From the human T2T-CHM13v2.0 reference genome, Homo sapiens: a DNA stretch of 64,000 nucleotides. Below the pieces are notes generated by a model. It was given only the letters and a program-made list of their open reading frames with translations, was not told where the DNA came from and did not search any database. A program made the translations under genes and the position numbers. The stretch lies in the NCBI RefSeq assembly GCF_009914755.1, contig NC_060932.1; one strand, given 5' to 3'. Of this stretch, positions 45,386 to 61,108 are shown one piece after another (positions within the stretch are counted from its first letter, which is position 1; each line of letters begins with the position of its first letter).

Positions 45386-45784
45386 TATTAAAAATAAAGG
45401 TTATTATTAAAAATAAATATTTTATTATATAAAATGTTATTTTAAGAATTTAGTATTAAATTCTTAAAATTTAAATTTCTAATTTAGGATTAAAAAAGTT
45501 AGAGCTATAAAGTTCATAATATTAAGCTGAGAAATATAAAATTCACAGAAGTCAGTTGACAAGTTAACACAATAAGTTAGTAATTACTGTGACTATACTT
45601 CCGGTCTCAGATATCTTACTATCTAGTACTCTTTTCTTCTTCCAAATTAGTATTTGCATTTATTTACTAATAGTAACTATTTGTATATGGTTGTGAATAA
45701 CAGAACCCAACTATGATGGCTTAAACACATAATATTTATCCACCTACATCAAATCCACAGCTAAGCAGTCCATAGCTGCTATAA

Positions 45785-46158
<374 letters not shown>

Positions 46159-46271
46159 TATGTAGCTATACTGTTTAAGGCTACAAGAAGGCTGCTTGAC
46201 ATATATTTAGTTTTGTTGCTAAGTGAAAAAAAAAATATTGGGTAGGCAACTTGTTATCTTTACCACATCGT

Positions 46272-46776
46272 TGTTAAGAGACAATTTTCTATGGGTCTCC
46301 AGAATTTCTGCACATCTTGTAGACAGAGGCACTGCCTCTCTTTGTTCCGAAGTGATTTTCCAAGGTTGTGTATAAGCCTTGGAAGCTAGAGATCATGTGT
46401 CCCTTCAAAGCAGAGAGAAGTTTCTTTACTGTCCAATATAATAAAGGTAATGTCTGTCTCTCTGGGGCGAAGATTAGGCATGAGCACTGCCAGTTATAAA
46501 AGATTCAAATTTGCTAAACTCAGTATTTCTTTCCTGTAACACGATGCATCATGTGTGCAGGCATCACATGGCCCTATTCATGTCACCCTATGGGAATTGA
46601 GGCCCAGGGACTGGCTTGAGAAAATGAAGTTACTGGTTACTGTTATTGTTGTAAGTAACCAGATGTCTTTTGTCTCTGACTCTGAAATATCATGCCATGT
46701 GCCGATACCTATGACACTGCAGCAGGCTACCTTGTTAGCTTGCAAGTAAGTTTCAGACCCTTCACAGTTCTTGACA
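46272..46776 (+). mobile_element. LTR40-like ERVL solo LTR
   Basis: TGTT..GAGACAATT start, CAGACCCTTCACAGTTCTTGACA end, degenerate TSD ATCGT/GTCAT. Confidence 0.85.
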
Positions 46777-47049
46777 GTCATCCATAACTCGCTTTGTATG
46801 CTATAATATCTAAGGTGTCTAACTCCAAGGTGTCTAGAACAGAGTAGGTGACTAATACATACTTAAATAAATAGAGAGTCCCAAAAGGCATTTTAATGAG
46901 TCAGACCAGTTGACATAAAGTCCCAGATGATACCACTGAGGAGCCTTATTACCTTCCACAAAATCACTTACCCTCTCTAACCTCAGCTTCTTAAATTAGT
47001 AGTCTGCATTTTCTCCTTCCCCTTGCTCAACTGTTGTTTATTTCCTAAC

Positions 47050-48420
47050 TTACTGCTAATTGGCTATGGGCCTCATCCCTTCAGAGAAACTGTTCTTCCA
47101 GGGTCTCTAGTGACCCACTAACTGGCACAGCCTGCTGACCCTTTCCACTCTGTATCTCACTCCCTGCTGTTCTGTTAACATTTAACTCCTTAAAACTCTT
47201 TCTTTTCTTGCCTTCCATGAAACTTTTCTCTCCTGGTTTCTCTTATATCTCCAGGAAACTATTTATCCGTCTCTTCTTCCATTATTTACTCTTAAACATT
47301 GATATGCCATAAATGCCCACCCTCCCTCCAGCCCTCTTCTCACTCTGTAGAATAAAGTTTATACCTTTTTTTTAAAAGAAAAAATTGGTTTTGCTTACCA
47401 TGTTTGTGCTTATAACTTTTGAATTTCTATCTCCAGTCCAGATTTTTCTCCTAAGCTTCAAATCTATATTTTTAACCCCCAATTCGTTACCTCTACCTGG
47501 ATGTGTTATTGGAATTTCAAATGAAAACATGTTTGAAGTTACACTTATTATTTATTTTCGCACCTCCCAAACTGGTAGAGCTGGCATCCCTTTCTCAGTG
47601 AATGGTATCACCATTCATGATTTTTTTTTTTTATTTTATAAACCTATCGACTCTAAGGCCAATAACATTCCCATCCAGTACTATGGCTGTCTCATCAATA
47701 CTTCTCAAAACCCTTGTCTTTCTTCCCACTGCCTCCCCATTAATTTAGGCCCTCACTATCTATTACGCTGGCCCCATGTTCAAACCGTGTCTCCAGAATC
47801 TGTCTTACTGGATCATAAAAGCCCCCAGAATAAACTTTCAGAACCAAACTCACATAATGCTGCTGCCCTGATTAAAATCTTTCTTTGGCTTTTCTCGGTC
47901 AGAAGAATGGGAGAAAGTTCAAACTCTTTAGTATGATACACACAACCCTCCTTAATCTGACAGTTCCTGCCTCTTCAGCTTCACTTCCTATTTCTCTCCA
48001 TCTCACAGCCTGTGCCCCAGCCATAATAAACCACTCACATTTTCCAGCACGTGCCCTGTTAATATAGACCTTGCACCGCTAAATAGACTGATTCTTCTAC
48101 CTGCTATTTGACATCACCCCCAAATCCAGTCTAGGGAATCTTTCATCCTTCAAAAGCTATAGCTTAACTTTTTCTAGCCCTGGGAAGTTTACCCTTAACT
48201 ATCAAACCCCTCACTCTTAAGACTGGTGGATTACTGCCTACCTGGTGCTTCTCTCTACCTTGAAGGATTTTTTTTTTTATCACATTTATCATTGCTGTAC
48301 CATACTAACTCGTTAACATACCTGAAACCACTAATAAAAGTTGTCTTATTTATCGTTATATGTCCAACACAGAGCACAAATCCAGACGCAGAGTGGAGGC
48401 TCGGTAAAATTATTTAAAGA
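47050..48420. mobile_element. Degenerate L2 fragments
   Basis: Pyrimidine-rich sequence with L2-like motifs; boundaries uncertain. Confidence 0.45.
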
Positions 48421-48829
48421 GTAAGAAAGCTGGAGAATTTGAGTAATACCAGTAAAAAGGCAGTTACTGAAGTGGAATGAAAGGAAGAAAGCACAGAATT
48501 TACCTTTTTCATAGTTTGCCTTAAGTAAACTCTGGAATGTTCTTAGGCAATGATCACCCTCCTGGGCCCCAAAATGAGAAATCAAGTTCACCAGGAAGTA
48601 GCCAATTGGGAATGGCACATACAAGGACAGTGTCCTTCACCTCCCAGTCGGTCCAAAGATAAGCCAGTGGGGAAAAGGGCAGCTACAGGGCAATGGTTTG
48701 TCTTGAACTACAAACCTAAAGAACAAACTATGACCATTGGGAAACTTTCTAGTTAAGGAGCACACAGTCTGGCCCAGACTGAGTTTGCCAGATTAGGAGA
48801 GAGAGAGCACTGGGCAGGAGTAAAGGTCA

Positions 48830-49055
48830 GAAGGCTTGGGTGCAGGTGCCTCTGCTAACCTCACCACTCCTGGGTCCTTGGACAGTTTCTTTCACTTCTC
48901 TAAACCTCTGTGTCCCCATATGCAAAATGGAAATGCAAAATACACATTTTACCGAATTCATGAGTTTGTTAAGAGAATTAAAAAAGAGAATGTGTATGGA
49001 ATGTTTTCACAGTGCCCAGAACAGGGTAAGTGCTCAGTAAATGTTAATTATTGTT
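48830..49055. mobile_element. MIR
   Basis: CTTGGACAGTTTCTTTCACTTCTCTAAACCTCTGTGTCCCCATATGCAAAATGG...GTAAGTGCTCAGTAAATGTT. Confidence 0.75.
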
Positions 49056-49789
49056 TGTAATGAAATACAGAAAACACTCAAGTAGGACTCAGCTCTGTTC
49101 CAGCTATTCTTCAAGAGGTGTGACGACCAAAATGTGTGTAAAATTATTAATTATTTGGCTCAAACACCTTTCCTCTTCAATGTGTAGTGGAGTTCCTTTA
49201 TAGATTTATTACAAAAAAAATAAGTTTAAACAACTAAATACACCCTGTGGAATGAAAATCAAAAATAGTTACTCTGGTATTAAATAGCTACTGTAGCATT
49301 AATTGCTAAAGAAATTACATAGAGAACAACACACAGGCATAATGTACCATAGCAATACCGTTAAATTCCAGGCCCTCCTTCATGAAATGTCTCTTTTCTG
49401 GCCTCCCTTTTAATCTTCCTACTTTCTTCATGCACATCCTAAAAGTCCACTCCTGTCTTCTATACCCCCAACACTTTCATCTCAGATTGTTTATACTCAT
49501 GTAGTTGCTTCTTTTATTACTAGTTTTTTTCTAACTGCAATGAACTCTCGGTTTTTTTTTTTTTTTTTTGTAATCATTTTCTTAGAGTTTGCACTTTAGG
49601 TGCAGTTTTTATTAATTTTATTATAAATATTCACTTGCCTAATTGCTATTCCCACTGGGGTATTCCACAGAGAACTTAAATTTCACAAGTCTCAATTTCA
49701 ACTCATTTTCTTCTTCTTAATGCAAATTCTTCTCCTATGACTTCTAATGGCAAACACAAACCTCATACCCAGGATAGCACACACCAAAG

Positions 49790-50350
<561 letters not shown>

Positions 50351-51064
50351 ACTTCTTTTCTAAATATTTTAAATAGATCCATATCAGGATATCTCTACTT
50401 TCATTACCATTGTTTAAACCCAATCTTCTTTAACCTAAATAGTGTAACAGGCTCTGAAATGGTTCACTCATTTGTTCATCCATCATGTAACAGGTAAATA
50501 TTCACTTCTTACTTTTAACCTGACGGTGGGAAGTATTAATGTATGGGATAGTCATGCTCTCCTCCTTCTGGTCTTGCTTCCCCTAATCCAGAATAATCAG
50601 ACAGTGCCATTGCCCCATGATCCCCAATGCCTTCATGTCAAAGTCAAAACATTTACTGTGCCATGATCTGACCCTTATTTACCACTCCATCCTCTCTGCT
50701 TTCCATTCCTTGTTTGAATCTCAGCTGTAAGCACTCGTCTCCTTGCTTTGTAGAGAAGGAGCCATGTTGCTACTTTCCTCTGGGACTTTGCACCTGTCAT
50801 TTACTCTGATTTCCTCCCAAGTCCACCCTATCCACACACTTTTGAGGAGCTAGTTCCTATTGGCGGTTTCAGCAAGACGTCTTCCCTGGTTCCCAGACCT
50901 ATGTTCTGATAACATGTAGAACTCAGTCCTATCATGACACAAAATTGCATTGAGTTGAGTTTTCTGGTTTATTCATCTGCCCGGCATACTGTAAGGGGTA
51001 TTTGTTAAGGAAATTCTAACCAAAGGAACAAATAAACTCTGAAACTTCAGTGGCTTAATATAGG

Positions 51065-51445
51065 TTTTATATATATGTATATACAAAATGTATAGATTAT
51101 ATATTTTATATATGTACAGTATGTAATATTTTAGAAATAATACACTATACAAAAATAGGTTATATACATATTCTATAGTAATATATTAACATATTTATAT
51201 ATTATATATGAGATATACATCTAGAATATATGTTATATATTTATAGATTGTATATTATACATAAAATGGTAGAATATTTTTATAAAATAGAAAATATATA
51301 ATCATATATAATATATATTTATATATTATATATTATATTTACACATAATATATAAATACATTTATAAATAATATATTTATATATTATTATATTTATATAT
51401 TATATATAAATATTATATATTTCCTCGATTCATTTATTATAATAT
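51065..51445. repeat. Degenerate (TA)n AT-rich low-complexity tract
   Basis: About 380 bp of almost only A and T. Confidence 0.9.
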
Positions 51446-54420
51446 GTACATGTGCATGTCCCTTTAAGAGAAGAGAGGTATTTCTGGAAAGGAGTTGTCC
51501 AAGCAGAGATGACTTTTCCTAGCCTCCCTGATAATCATATGGAGTCAGGGACTGTGTCTTGCTTATTGTTTGTTTTCTCTGCCTAACATAGTACACAGCT
51601 CAGAGGATGTTCTCAATAAATAAGTATGAGATAAATTGATACTTTACCTCTCTGGTTGCAGCTTGTCTTTTTGCTAATTACACAGATATGGGAAGGTTGT
51701 AGGATTCAAATAAATTTTACAATAAGCTGTTTCCTTTTTAAACTTAGAGAGCATCTCTCAAGTCTAGGGGCATGTCACTTTTCCATCAGCTTCCCTGCTA
51801 TGAACACTTTGTGAATCATCCTAAATTACATCAAAAGAAAAGACATCATGTTCTCTTCTGCTTGGTGATACAAGAGGGCTTTTCCACTGGAAAAAATACT
51901 AAATTTTCTATTTCCTGTGTGTTACCAGCAAAAACTTTTTTCACAAGCTGCTGCTTTCTGGGTTAGAGTGAATAAGTAACTAACCAATTAGCTCGTTCAT
52001 TTCCAATTCAAGGACATCAACAATCCTCTCATCTATTGGTGGCAAATTCTTGTCCTATGTGATGTCAACACTTTAATCTGTCTATGGCAAGCATTACTAA
52101 TTATTCATACTTACCTTTTAGCCCTGTCTGTGGCTTCAGAATAATTTCCAACGCAACCATCCAAATTTTGACCCACAGCGTGTTACATTTGGCATTGCGG
52201 TGACTCAGTTCCTCATCTTTAGTGTACTCCTTCATCGTTTTTGCAGATATAAAGAAGTTAAAGGAAAGGAAGGTAAAGTAACTACAAAGAACATGCAAGA
52301 TGTTGGTAGCAAAGCAAAACGCAAAATTTTGGGATTCTGATCCTCAGCCACTATTTTTTTTTTAACCACTTGGAAATAGACATCTAAAGCAGAAAGAAAT
52401 GTTCCAGAAGCCTTGGTGTGTGGGGGGTGAGTGGATGTGGCTGTATGCCCTAAAGACAAATTTTAAGTCTCACAACTTGGCTGCGGGCAAGCTCTGGTGT
52501 TTAGCAAGGTCTTGTATTTTGGGTTTACAAGATGCTCATTTGTTTCTCAATGGTTCCAGCTTGTCCTTTCACCTGGAATGTTGTCAGGAACCTGGGGCCT
52601 AGAAACAGCTGATAAAGATAAGCTTTGAGCCACTGAGTGTCCTTGGGCAAGTTGGCATGCTGCTCCGGGCCTCAGTTGCCTGCTCGACAAAATATGGTAT
52701 TGGGTTTTTGAGGTAAATTTAGATTAACTTGTGTGAAGCACTGAATCCAATATATGGTGTCTTTAGGTCCAACCTCAGGTCTCCCTACATGTTGTCAGAA
52801 AAAGACATTTGAGCATTTTAAGAGTGAAATCAAAAGTGCACTACCAAGGTTTCTAACAGCCCAGTTCTGTCCTGGCTTTTCTTCCTGCAACTGTTTTCAG
52901 CTTGGGTGAGTCACTTTTCTCTCTGGACCTCCATTTTCTCACCTGTAAAGTAAGGAGATTGGAAAATGATCTTAAGGCCCTTTCATCTTTGAATATCTAT
53001 GATTCTGTGCCTCTCTGTATCTGAGTCCCCAGAATTCTTTTTCTTGGAATATCTCCCTCAGTTGAGAGAAAATTATAAGAAGGGCTGCTTCCCAGGTTTA
53101 TTTTGGGTGCAGTGGCCAGTCTCCCTTGAACTTGGCATTTGTAACTAATCTCTATAAGCAAAGTGTGCTCCAATTATGACTTCACCCTACTGGCCCAGCA
53201 GAGCTATTGGGTGCTGCCAGTAGGGATAAAGGAGTGTTCCAGCCATGAGGCAACTATTTTGTTACAATTAATGGACATGGGGTTGAGAGACATGTCCCTC
53301 AGGCATTCTCTTGTGCCACCTTGAAGAGGTCATCCTAGGTAAAAGTTCTCTGAAGAGAAATATTGGCAGATACATATGGCAAAACACAGCCTCCAACTCC
53401 AGTCAAACCACCACCACAAGCACAGTGAAAAGCAGAAAAGAACTGTTGGGTGTAGTAGGGTGGAGGTGAAGACCTTGGTCCTGCCTTTATGAAGCATACA
53501 TCACTTCGCACCAAGCATCACGCTTGGTGCTGGACACAAAGAGATGATGAAGATGCAAAATGTGGTCCCTGTTTTTAAGGAGATCACAGTTTTCTCAGGC
53601 AGTCTTACAGTAACTATGGCAGTCAAGATATTAATAATAATATATATCTTGGACATTCACCTAGAGATTAAAATGATGATTCTAGCAAGATAAGTCATCA
53701 GGTAATTTAGATTATAGGTGGGAATAATGAATCTTTCAGAATTACTAAGTGGGGCCTTCCATAGAAGAGTATAATTCAAGACACATTGGTTTCACCAGTG
53801 GTGACCTCCCCTCAAAGTCAGATACAGGGGAGCAGACTTAATATTGTTGGAGGAAAAGAGAGTCAAAACCTACCAGAAGGAGCATCACAAGGGAGACAAA
53901 GAATTGAATTGTTTCTGAGTTGGTAATGTGAAAGTTGCTAGAAATAATCCTTGCTCAGGTGCTCTGGGACTAGTTTATGTGCCAGCTGTGTGCACAAAGT
54001 GAAAGGCTTAATTGCTAGAACTGTATTACTTTTGGCTCTAGTCTGCTGGACCTTCCATCTCCCAAACTGTAGCTCCCTGGAGCTTTCTGGAAGTGCTTTT
54101 GTATTCCTGGACTTACCTATAGCATACTTTTAAAGGCAAGGGAAGCTTCTTAACTCCTCTTAAATCAGCTAAGCTATGCTGGGGTAGTAATAAACACCTA
54201 TATCTCAGGGACTTAACACAGATTTCTCACCCACATCACAGTCCAGTGAGGGCTTCTCTCCATCCTAAAACTTTCCCCCTGGAACTCAAGTCTCTCTATG
54301 TTGCCTTGAAAGGGAAAAGAGAGCCGCAGGGTCAGGATTTAAGGACCATGCCTAGAATGGCTTACATAATTTCCACCCACATTGCATTGTCCCAAATTCA
54401 GTCATATGATCCCAACTTAT

Positions 54421-54918
54421 TGTCACCAAAATGCTAGGGATTTGGTCTAGGCCCTGCTGCTCACAGCACAGAATGCCAATCAAAGAGACAATGAGTATTG
54501 CCATGGAAGAAGGCTTTAATTGGATGCTGCAGCTGAGGAGTTAGGAGATCAGTCTCAAATTTGTCTTTCAAATTAGCTAAAATTAGGGGTTTACATAGCA
54601 GGGAAGAAATGTAACCATGTATAAGAAAACAGGAATTAGGGAGGGGTAAGGAAGAGAAGTTGGTTGACAGGAAGTAGGTGGAAAGTTAGGCAATCCTCAT
54701 GGGTGAGGGGTCTGGCATCTCTTTGTCCAGATGCAGTGATCTGGTAAGTTTCACCTCCTTGATACTGTCTGGGAGGTGTGATGGTTGGTTTCCTGAGAAA
54801 GAAACTGAGATAAGACAAATGTAACTTTCTTGAGTTTCAAGACTGGGGGGATCAATTTGTATGTTTATTCAATAGAAATAATAGACATTAGTTCTGTAGA
54901 AAACTTGGACCAGTTTCA
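54421..54918 (-). mobile_element. 3' LTR (LTR54)
   Basis: TGAAAC...TGACA on minus; ATTAAA poly(A) signal at 54515-54520; TATA mutated (TATGTAAA). Confidence 0.88.
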
Positions 54919-57900
54919 GTCTCCCCTTTCTATTTTCAGTTCCTCGATCATGGGAAATTTGGTCATTGATCTTTCTGGCTGCTTCATGCTGAGGAGGGGC
55001 ATTACAAGCAGCTCCATACTAAGGGTGATGAATCAAATGTTAATCTAATACTGCAGTCTCCTTCTATGACACAATCTTTCTCTCTCTAGTCTCCCACTTC
55101 CACCAAAGACAAATCATAGCAGGACCAACCTACCTGCAAAATTAGCTTCAGTCCCATATACTTGGCCCGATTACCCACAGAAAGTACAGCAAGCATCATC
55201 ATCCACATAGGGTCTCCAAAATTGGCTTTCCTGGAACCATTCACAAGGCCATTTCAGTCAAAGCCCTGGGAAAATAACCAGTTCCTCCAACTGTGTCTCA
55301 TTGTAAAAGAAAACAGATTATTATTGAACTTATGTAAGCAACCATATTGCCATAAATTAAGAATATTCACAAATAGTTTACAAATTCTACAGAAATCAGG
55401 CAGAGAGAGAAATGTGCTTCAAATTCTATTGACAAGAGTACACTCTACTCAATTGCTAAAGGTTGTAAACAGCTCAAAAGAAAAAGTGTTCTCCAGACTC
55501 TGAAAAACAAAACAAAAAGAATCAGCAATGTTTCAAAGAACCAAAAAAAAAAAAAAAAAAAAACCATAAAAATTATTTCTGTCCTCCATTAGCTCAGTCC
55601 ATGCAATCAACTCCCACTCTGCTTCATATTGGGTTAGTAATCTTTAAGAACACATCAGCTTTTCAATTAATATCCTGGAAGTTTTCTCTCTAGCCCAATG
55701 GCAAAATCTCCAAAGTTATCAGAAACCTGCATTCAAGGATTCTTTTAATGAATTCCCCAAAAGAAGCAAGTTCCAGACTGTAGCTGATGATAAGCCTGTT
55801 TTTAAAAACAATTGAAGCAAAATAATTATGGATGAGAAAAGTCTCAACAGACACAATTGACAAGAAAATTTGGTTATTTCTGTGACATACAAAAATTTAA
55901 CATAATCGTAATTATTACTGATAACGTATATTAAGACATCAGAATTTTAGGAATCTCATGCATTAATGTTAAAGCTAATTTTAACAAAACCTTATAAACA
56001 AATCTAATTTGAATCAGTTTGATCATAAGGTAAGAAGTCTTTTATAACCTTTTACAATGTTTTTTATTAAAGATAAAATCATTGCTCTAAGAAAACTGTG
56101 TTATTCCATCACAATGGCCCAGATACTGGTATTGCATCAGTGTGCTTTTGATATTAACATTTAATTTATAGAAAACCTTGAACTAATTTGTCCCTTAAAA
56201 TTAGCCCTTAAAATCTCACATGCGCCCACATCTTCCACAATAGTTCCTGGGCCTACAGGGATTGAATAGTTTCAATTTCTAGCCCTGTGTCTCGGGCAAG
56301 TTGTTCATTTTGATTGTCACCTTCTCCTGGGTCTGAAAACAAGGCTTTGACTACTGTCAATGTTCAAGATTTGGCATGAGTCTGTGCCTTTTTTAGACCC
56401 AAGAGTCAAAGTCCTAACTTAACAGTACAAGGACTAGTTAATAGGACATTTATATTATAGAAAGTCCTGTCATTCTCCCTCACATGTCACAAATTAAAGC
56501 ACTGTGAATTGGTGTCTAGTAGTTAATGCCTGCAGCACTTTAAATCACTGTATTAAAGTGGCTAGATTATTCCTTGCATATATCTAATTTCTAACATTGT
56601 AGTGACAGAACTGTGACCCAAAGCATCAAAAATGTGATAGGTCCAATGCCAAACTTATCCAAGTAAGACAATTAACTTTATTCTCCATCATTTAAGAAAA
56701 TGGTAAATGCAAATATCGGTTTTGGAAATTCAATATGAAGATAAATAATCTCTTTTTGCTTAAATACTATACAGTGAAACAGGGACAAAGTAAAAACAAG
56801 CACAGAATATTTTTTTCTGCTATTTTAAAAGAGCATCATCATACATTTCCAAGACTGGTTTCTAGATACGGTACTGACAACTATTAGGTAGATTTCAACT
56901 CCAGAATCTTCAAAACAGAATAATACTAGAATATATTTTGTTTTCAAGTACACACATTAAGGCCTAATAGTGATAACAGATTTGGAATAAAAAAGAATCA
57001 CTAGAAAGCCTGACATTTTTACTACTACTTAATCCAAGTGAATGTCACTTAGTTTTGATAGTGGTAAATACAACTAACATAGTCTGAGAGAAATCCCAGT
57101 CAATATAATTTCTTTTAAGGACAAAGCTAGTCTTTCCTGAACATTAAAACTTTGTACCCCTATCACAATTTTTCCTCATTACCTAAAGAAAAAGATCTGA
57201 AACCGATTCAAATTATTGATTGAATTGAATTTCCTTAGGGAAAAAAACTGTCTAAACATTTCTTCTCTTACCTGCTTTTCCAGATAAATAAGTAATCTAC
57301 TATTTCTGCTCAGAACTTATTTAAAGAAACAAGGTTTTTTGTTTTTTAGGGGTTCTTTTTTGACCCATAGCTTAAAGCTCTTGTAGCTCTCTAGATCATC
57401 AGAGTCAGCAAAACCAATCAAATTTTTAATGGCTGGTGTCCCCTATCCATTTTTGCAGGCCTGACAAAGATAGCTTAAGAACTTTAGATAAATAGAGCAA
57501 ATAATGAATTGTTGGAAATGCATAGGAAACAAAATGACTATTCATAGAAGAAAATACAAGCCTTCCATTAAAAACTAAAAATATCAATGGTTTTTTATAT
57601 GTGTATATACCAGTAAAACCCAAAGGAGAACAAATAGCAAATAATTAAAAATTAAAAGCAAAAACAAACTGGAAACCAACCCCCAATTTTTCACCTACTC
57701 AGTTTACTTTGAAGGTTACAGTATAATCCAGAGCCTAAAACAAACATATGTTGGATATTTTGTTCCTATTATACAAATTAATGTCTCTAAGTCCAGCAAC
57801 ATCACTATACCTTCTGTGCAATTAAGAAATTTACTTCAAGCACGTGACCAGTAAGTACTTTAGTGCTAGTACTGTCTATGCAGAATAGCAAATACAGTGT

Positions 57901-58511
57901 GAAACAAAGCAATGCAAGCCTGTATGTAAAATTTGGCTCCATGCTAAATCTGGATTCATGCTTAAGTATGTTAAAAAAAAAAAAAGAAAAGAATTGCCAA
58001 GCTGCCAATATATTTCTTTACAGTATTTCTTAATTTACCTTCATCAATACTAAGATCTTTAGCTATGAGCAATGTTAATTAGCCAAATGTCTCCAATTTT
58101 CTATCAGATTTTAAAGAGTATTTTACTACTTATTTACACAAACCATTCAACATGCTTGGACTTCGTTTTTGTCCTAGATTTTCTTTCTTTCTTTGTTTTT
58201 TTTTTTTTAAAATGACCAATTATTTTATTTTAGGACAAAAGTTTACCATGGTCCATAATTTGTATCAACCTTTACATAACTTATGAATTAGACAAAATAA
58301 TTTGTTTTTCTCTGTAAAAACACATCTTCTCTCACACATTTTATATACAGAATAATATATTAATTGCCATTCTGATTCTTAGTAACTTTAAATTTTAGTG
58401 AAAACCTAGGAAGTAAGACATTCTGAACTAGCTGTCAGATATTAACATTTCAGAGATGAGAACATTCCACAATTTTAAAAAACATGCTTCCCAACGTCAT
58501 AACCCTTTCTT

Positions 58512-58553
58512 TCTCTCCTTTCTCTTTCTTTCTTTTCCTTCCTTCCTTCCTTC

Positions 58554-58608
<55 letters not shown>

Positions 58609-58950
58609 TGTCCCTCCCTCCCTCCCCCCCCTTCTTTCTTTCTTTTCTTTTTTTCTTTTCTTTTTTTTTGACGGAGTTTTGCTCTTGTCACTCAGGCTGG
58701 AATGCAATGGCATGGTCTTGGCTCACTGCAACCTCCGCCTCCTGGGTTCAAGTGATTTTCCTGCCTCAGCCTTCCAAGAAACTGGGATTACAGGTGCCTG
58801 CCACCGTGCCCAGCTAATTTTTGTATTTTTAGCAGAGATGGGGTTTCACCATGTTGGCCAGGCTGGTCTTGAACTCCGGATCTCAGGTGATCTGCCTGCC
58901 TTGGCCTCCCAAAGTGCTGAGATTACAGGCCTGAGCCACCACATCCGGCC
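58512..58950 (-). mobile_element. Alu (Sp/Sq-like) with tail expanded to (TTTC)n/(TTCC)n
   Basis: About 160-bp pyrimidine tract lies inside TSD CATAA(C/T)CCTTTCTT at 58498-58511 and 58952-58965. Confidence 0.93.
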
Positions 58951-60022
58951 CCATAATCCTTTCTTAATTGGAAGTGACCCAGATGGCCAAAAAGCATCTA
59001 TTATTCAATCCTAAATAACTTCAAGATTTCAAATTACATTAAAAAGTGCAGCTACAAGCATTTATCCCATTTACATGTACATGATTCTTTCATTTTTTCA
59101 AACGATTTATCTAGATTACTTCTGAAAACTGAAATATTAGACAAAGCTAATCATCATTTCAAGTTATTTCCTTGTTAACCTTTTTTATAGCCTGCGAAGA
59201 TCAGATGTTCACCTAAGTAAGAACACTTTTAAAGTTAAATACATGGGTATTGTGTCAATAATTCAGAAAATTCAGCTATTTTCATTAAACTAACATTGAA
59301 TTAGTCTTACTTATTGAAAAAAGTCACACAAACAAAGACTATTTAGTTTTGGCTGGGTATATTGTTTTATAACCTTTTATGCTAAACCCCGACACCCCAA
59401 AATATCTAGCAGAGACAAATATAAAACCCAGACAAAAAGGTATGCTGGCAATTCCAAAGACATTTCTATTTTTACCTTACCAATAATTTTAAAGCTAGTT
59501 TTTAAAATTAACAATTTACTTAATCAAGTGAATTTAAAAAATTCTTGAACTTATTTACTTAATTTACAAGCATTCTTTTGCTTATAAGCAAAGTTGGTAG
59601 ACACAACATATAATAAATGTACATACACATAAACACATCTAAATATGTATACACACACAGACACAAAGATCCAATAGCATTTACCTCAAAACTTTAGCTA
59701 TGAAATAGCAATAGAAACTCACCAGTTTACAAACAGGTTCACATGGCTAAACTATTTTTGCCCCAATACATAATCAAATGAAGGCTGTGAACCAAAATTT
59801 GGGGTAGAGCAGTTCTCATGGCAGTTTGCTTTTTAAAGGCCATACCTTCCCAGATGCCAAAGAGCACTAGGTCCAGATAGCACCACAGAAAAACATCATC
59901 TATAACCTACTAATCAGGCCCAACCCTGCTTAGAACAGCAGCGTAGGAGTCTGACTACATGGAATTTCATCTTGCCTTCTCATTCAACAGCAAACTCCAG
60001 ATCCCAAAGAATACTGGGGCCA

Positions 60023-60318
60023 GGCCAAGTGCAGTGGCTAACACCTGCAATCTCAGCACTTTGAGAGGCTGATGTGGGAGGACCACTTGAGTCCAAGAGT
60101 TAGAGACCAGCCTGGGCAACATGATGGGAACTTATCTCTCCAAAAATTAAAAAAAAAAAAAGCTAGGCATGATGGCATGTACCTTTACTCCTAGCTACTT
60201 GGGAGGCTGAGCTGGGAGGATCCCTTGAGCCCAGCAGTTCCAGGCTACAGTGAGCCATGATGACACTATTGCACTCCAGCCTGGGCAACAGCGTAAGATC
60301 CTGTCTTAAAAAAAAAAA
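60023..60318 (+). mobile_element. AluJ
   Basis: Diverged dimer with poly-A. Confidence 0.92.
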
Positions 60319-60540
60319 TGGAATATTGAAGTCAAACAGCATTACAGAAGAATATCAGTTATATCAGTTTATCAAACTCTAATTTCCCATGACTATATCA
60401 ACACACACAACCACAAAAATATAAACCAACTGCTGTAACAACAAGCTCTAAGAGTATCCAAACTGAGGCAGTCAGGGTGCTTCCCTCTCTCAGTTGGGCT
60501 TGTTCAACCTATAAATGGAAATTCTTTAAAAAATTTCCCA

Positions 60541-60866
<326 letters not shown>

Positions 60867-61085
60867 CTAGGCCCACAAAGGACACTTTTACCTATCCAGA
60901 TGCAGATGTCTAATTTCTAAGGCTGTTTTTCCTAGGTAATCAGGAACATGGTTGGGGCCAGCAGTGGTGGGGCTGGACAGAGAGAGAAACTGAGACTCAC
61001 CTCTGGCCAAAAAAGGGTCTGGCACCTGCTTAGGAGGGCTTCCAAAACTTTTTCAGCCTGTGGAAACAAACCCACAAGCAATGCG

Positions 61086-61103
61086 TTACTGGTCAGGGAA
61101 CTA
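61086..61103 (-). other. Primer-binding site, tRNA-Glu type
   Basis: TAGTTCCCTGACCAGTAA matches TGGTTCCCTGACCGGGAA (complement of the tRNA-Glu 3' end) at 15 of 18 positions, 5 nt from the 5' LTR. Confidence 0.8.
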
Positions 61104-61108
61104 AAATC

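Noticed and set aside
47385-47936. 183-aa ORF
   Set aside because: Non-ATG start, lies in degenerate L2-like sequence, no recognisable domain.
58450-59014. Lys/Glu/Arg-rich and Phe/Leu/Ser-rich ORFs
   Set aside because: Translations of a (TTTC)n microsatellite and an Alu.
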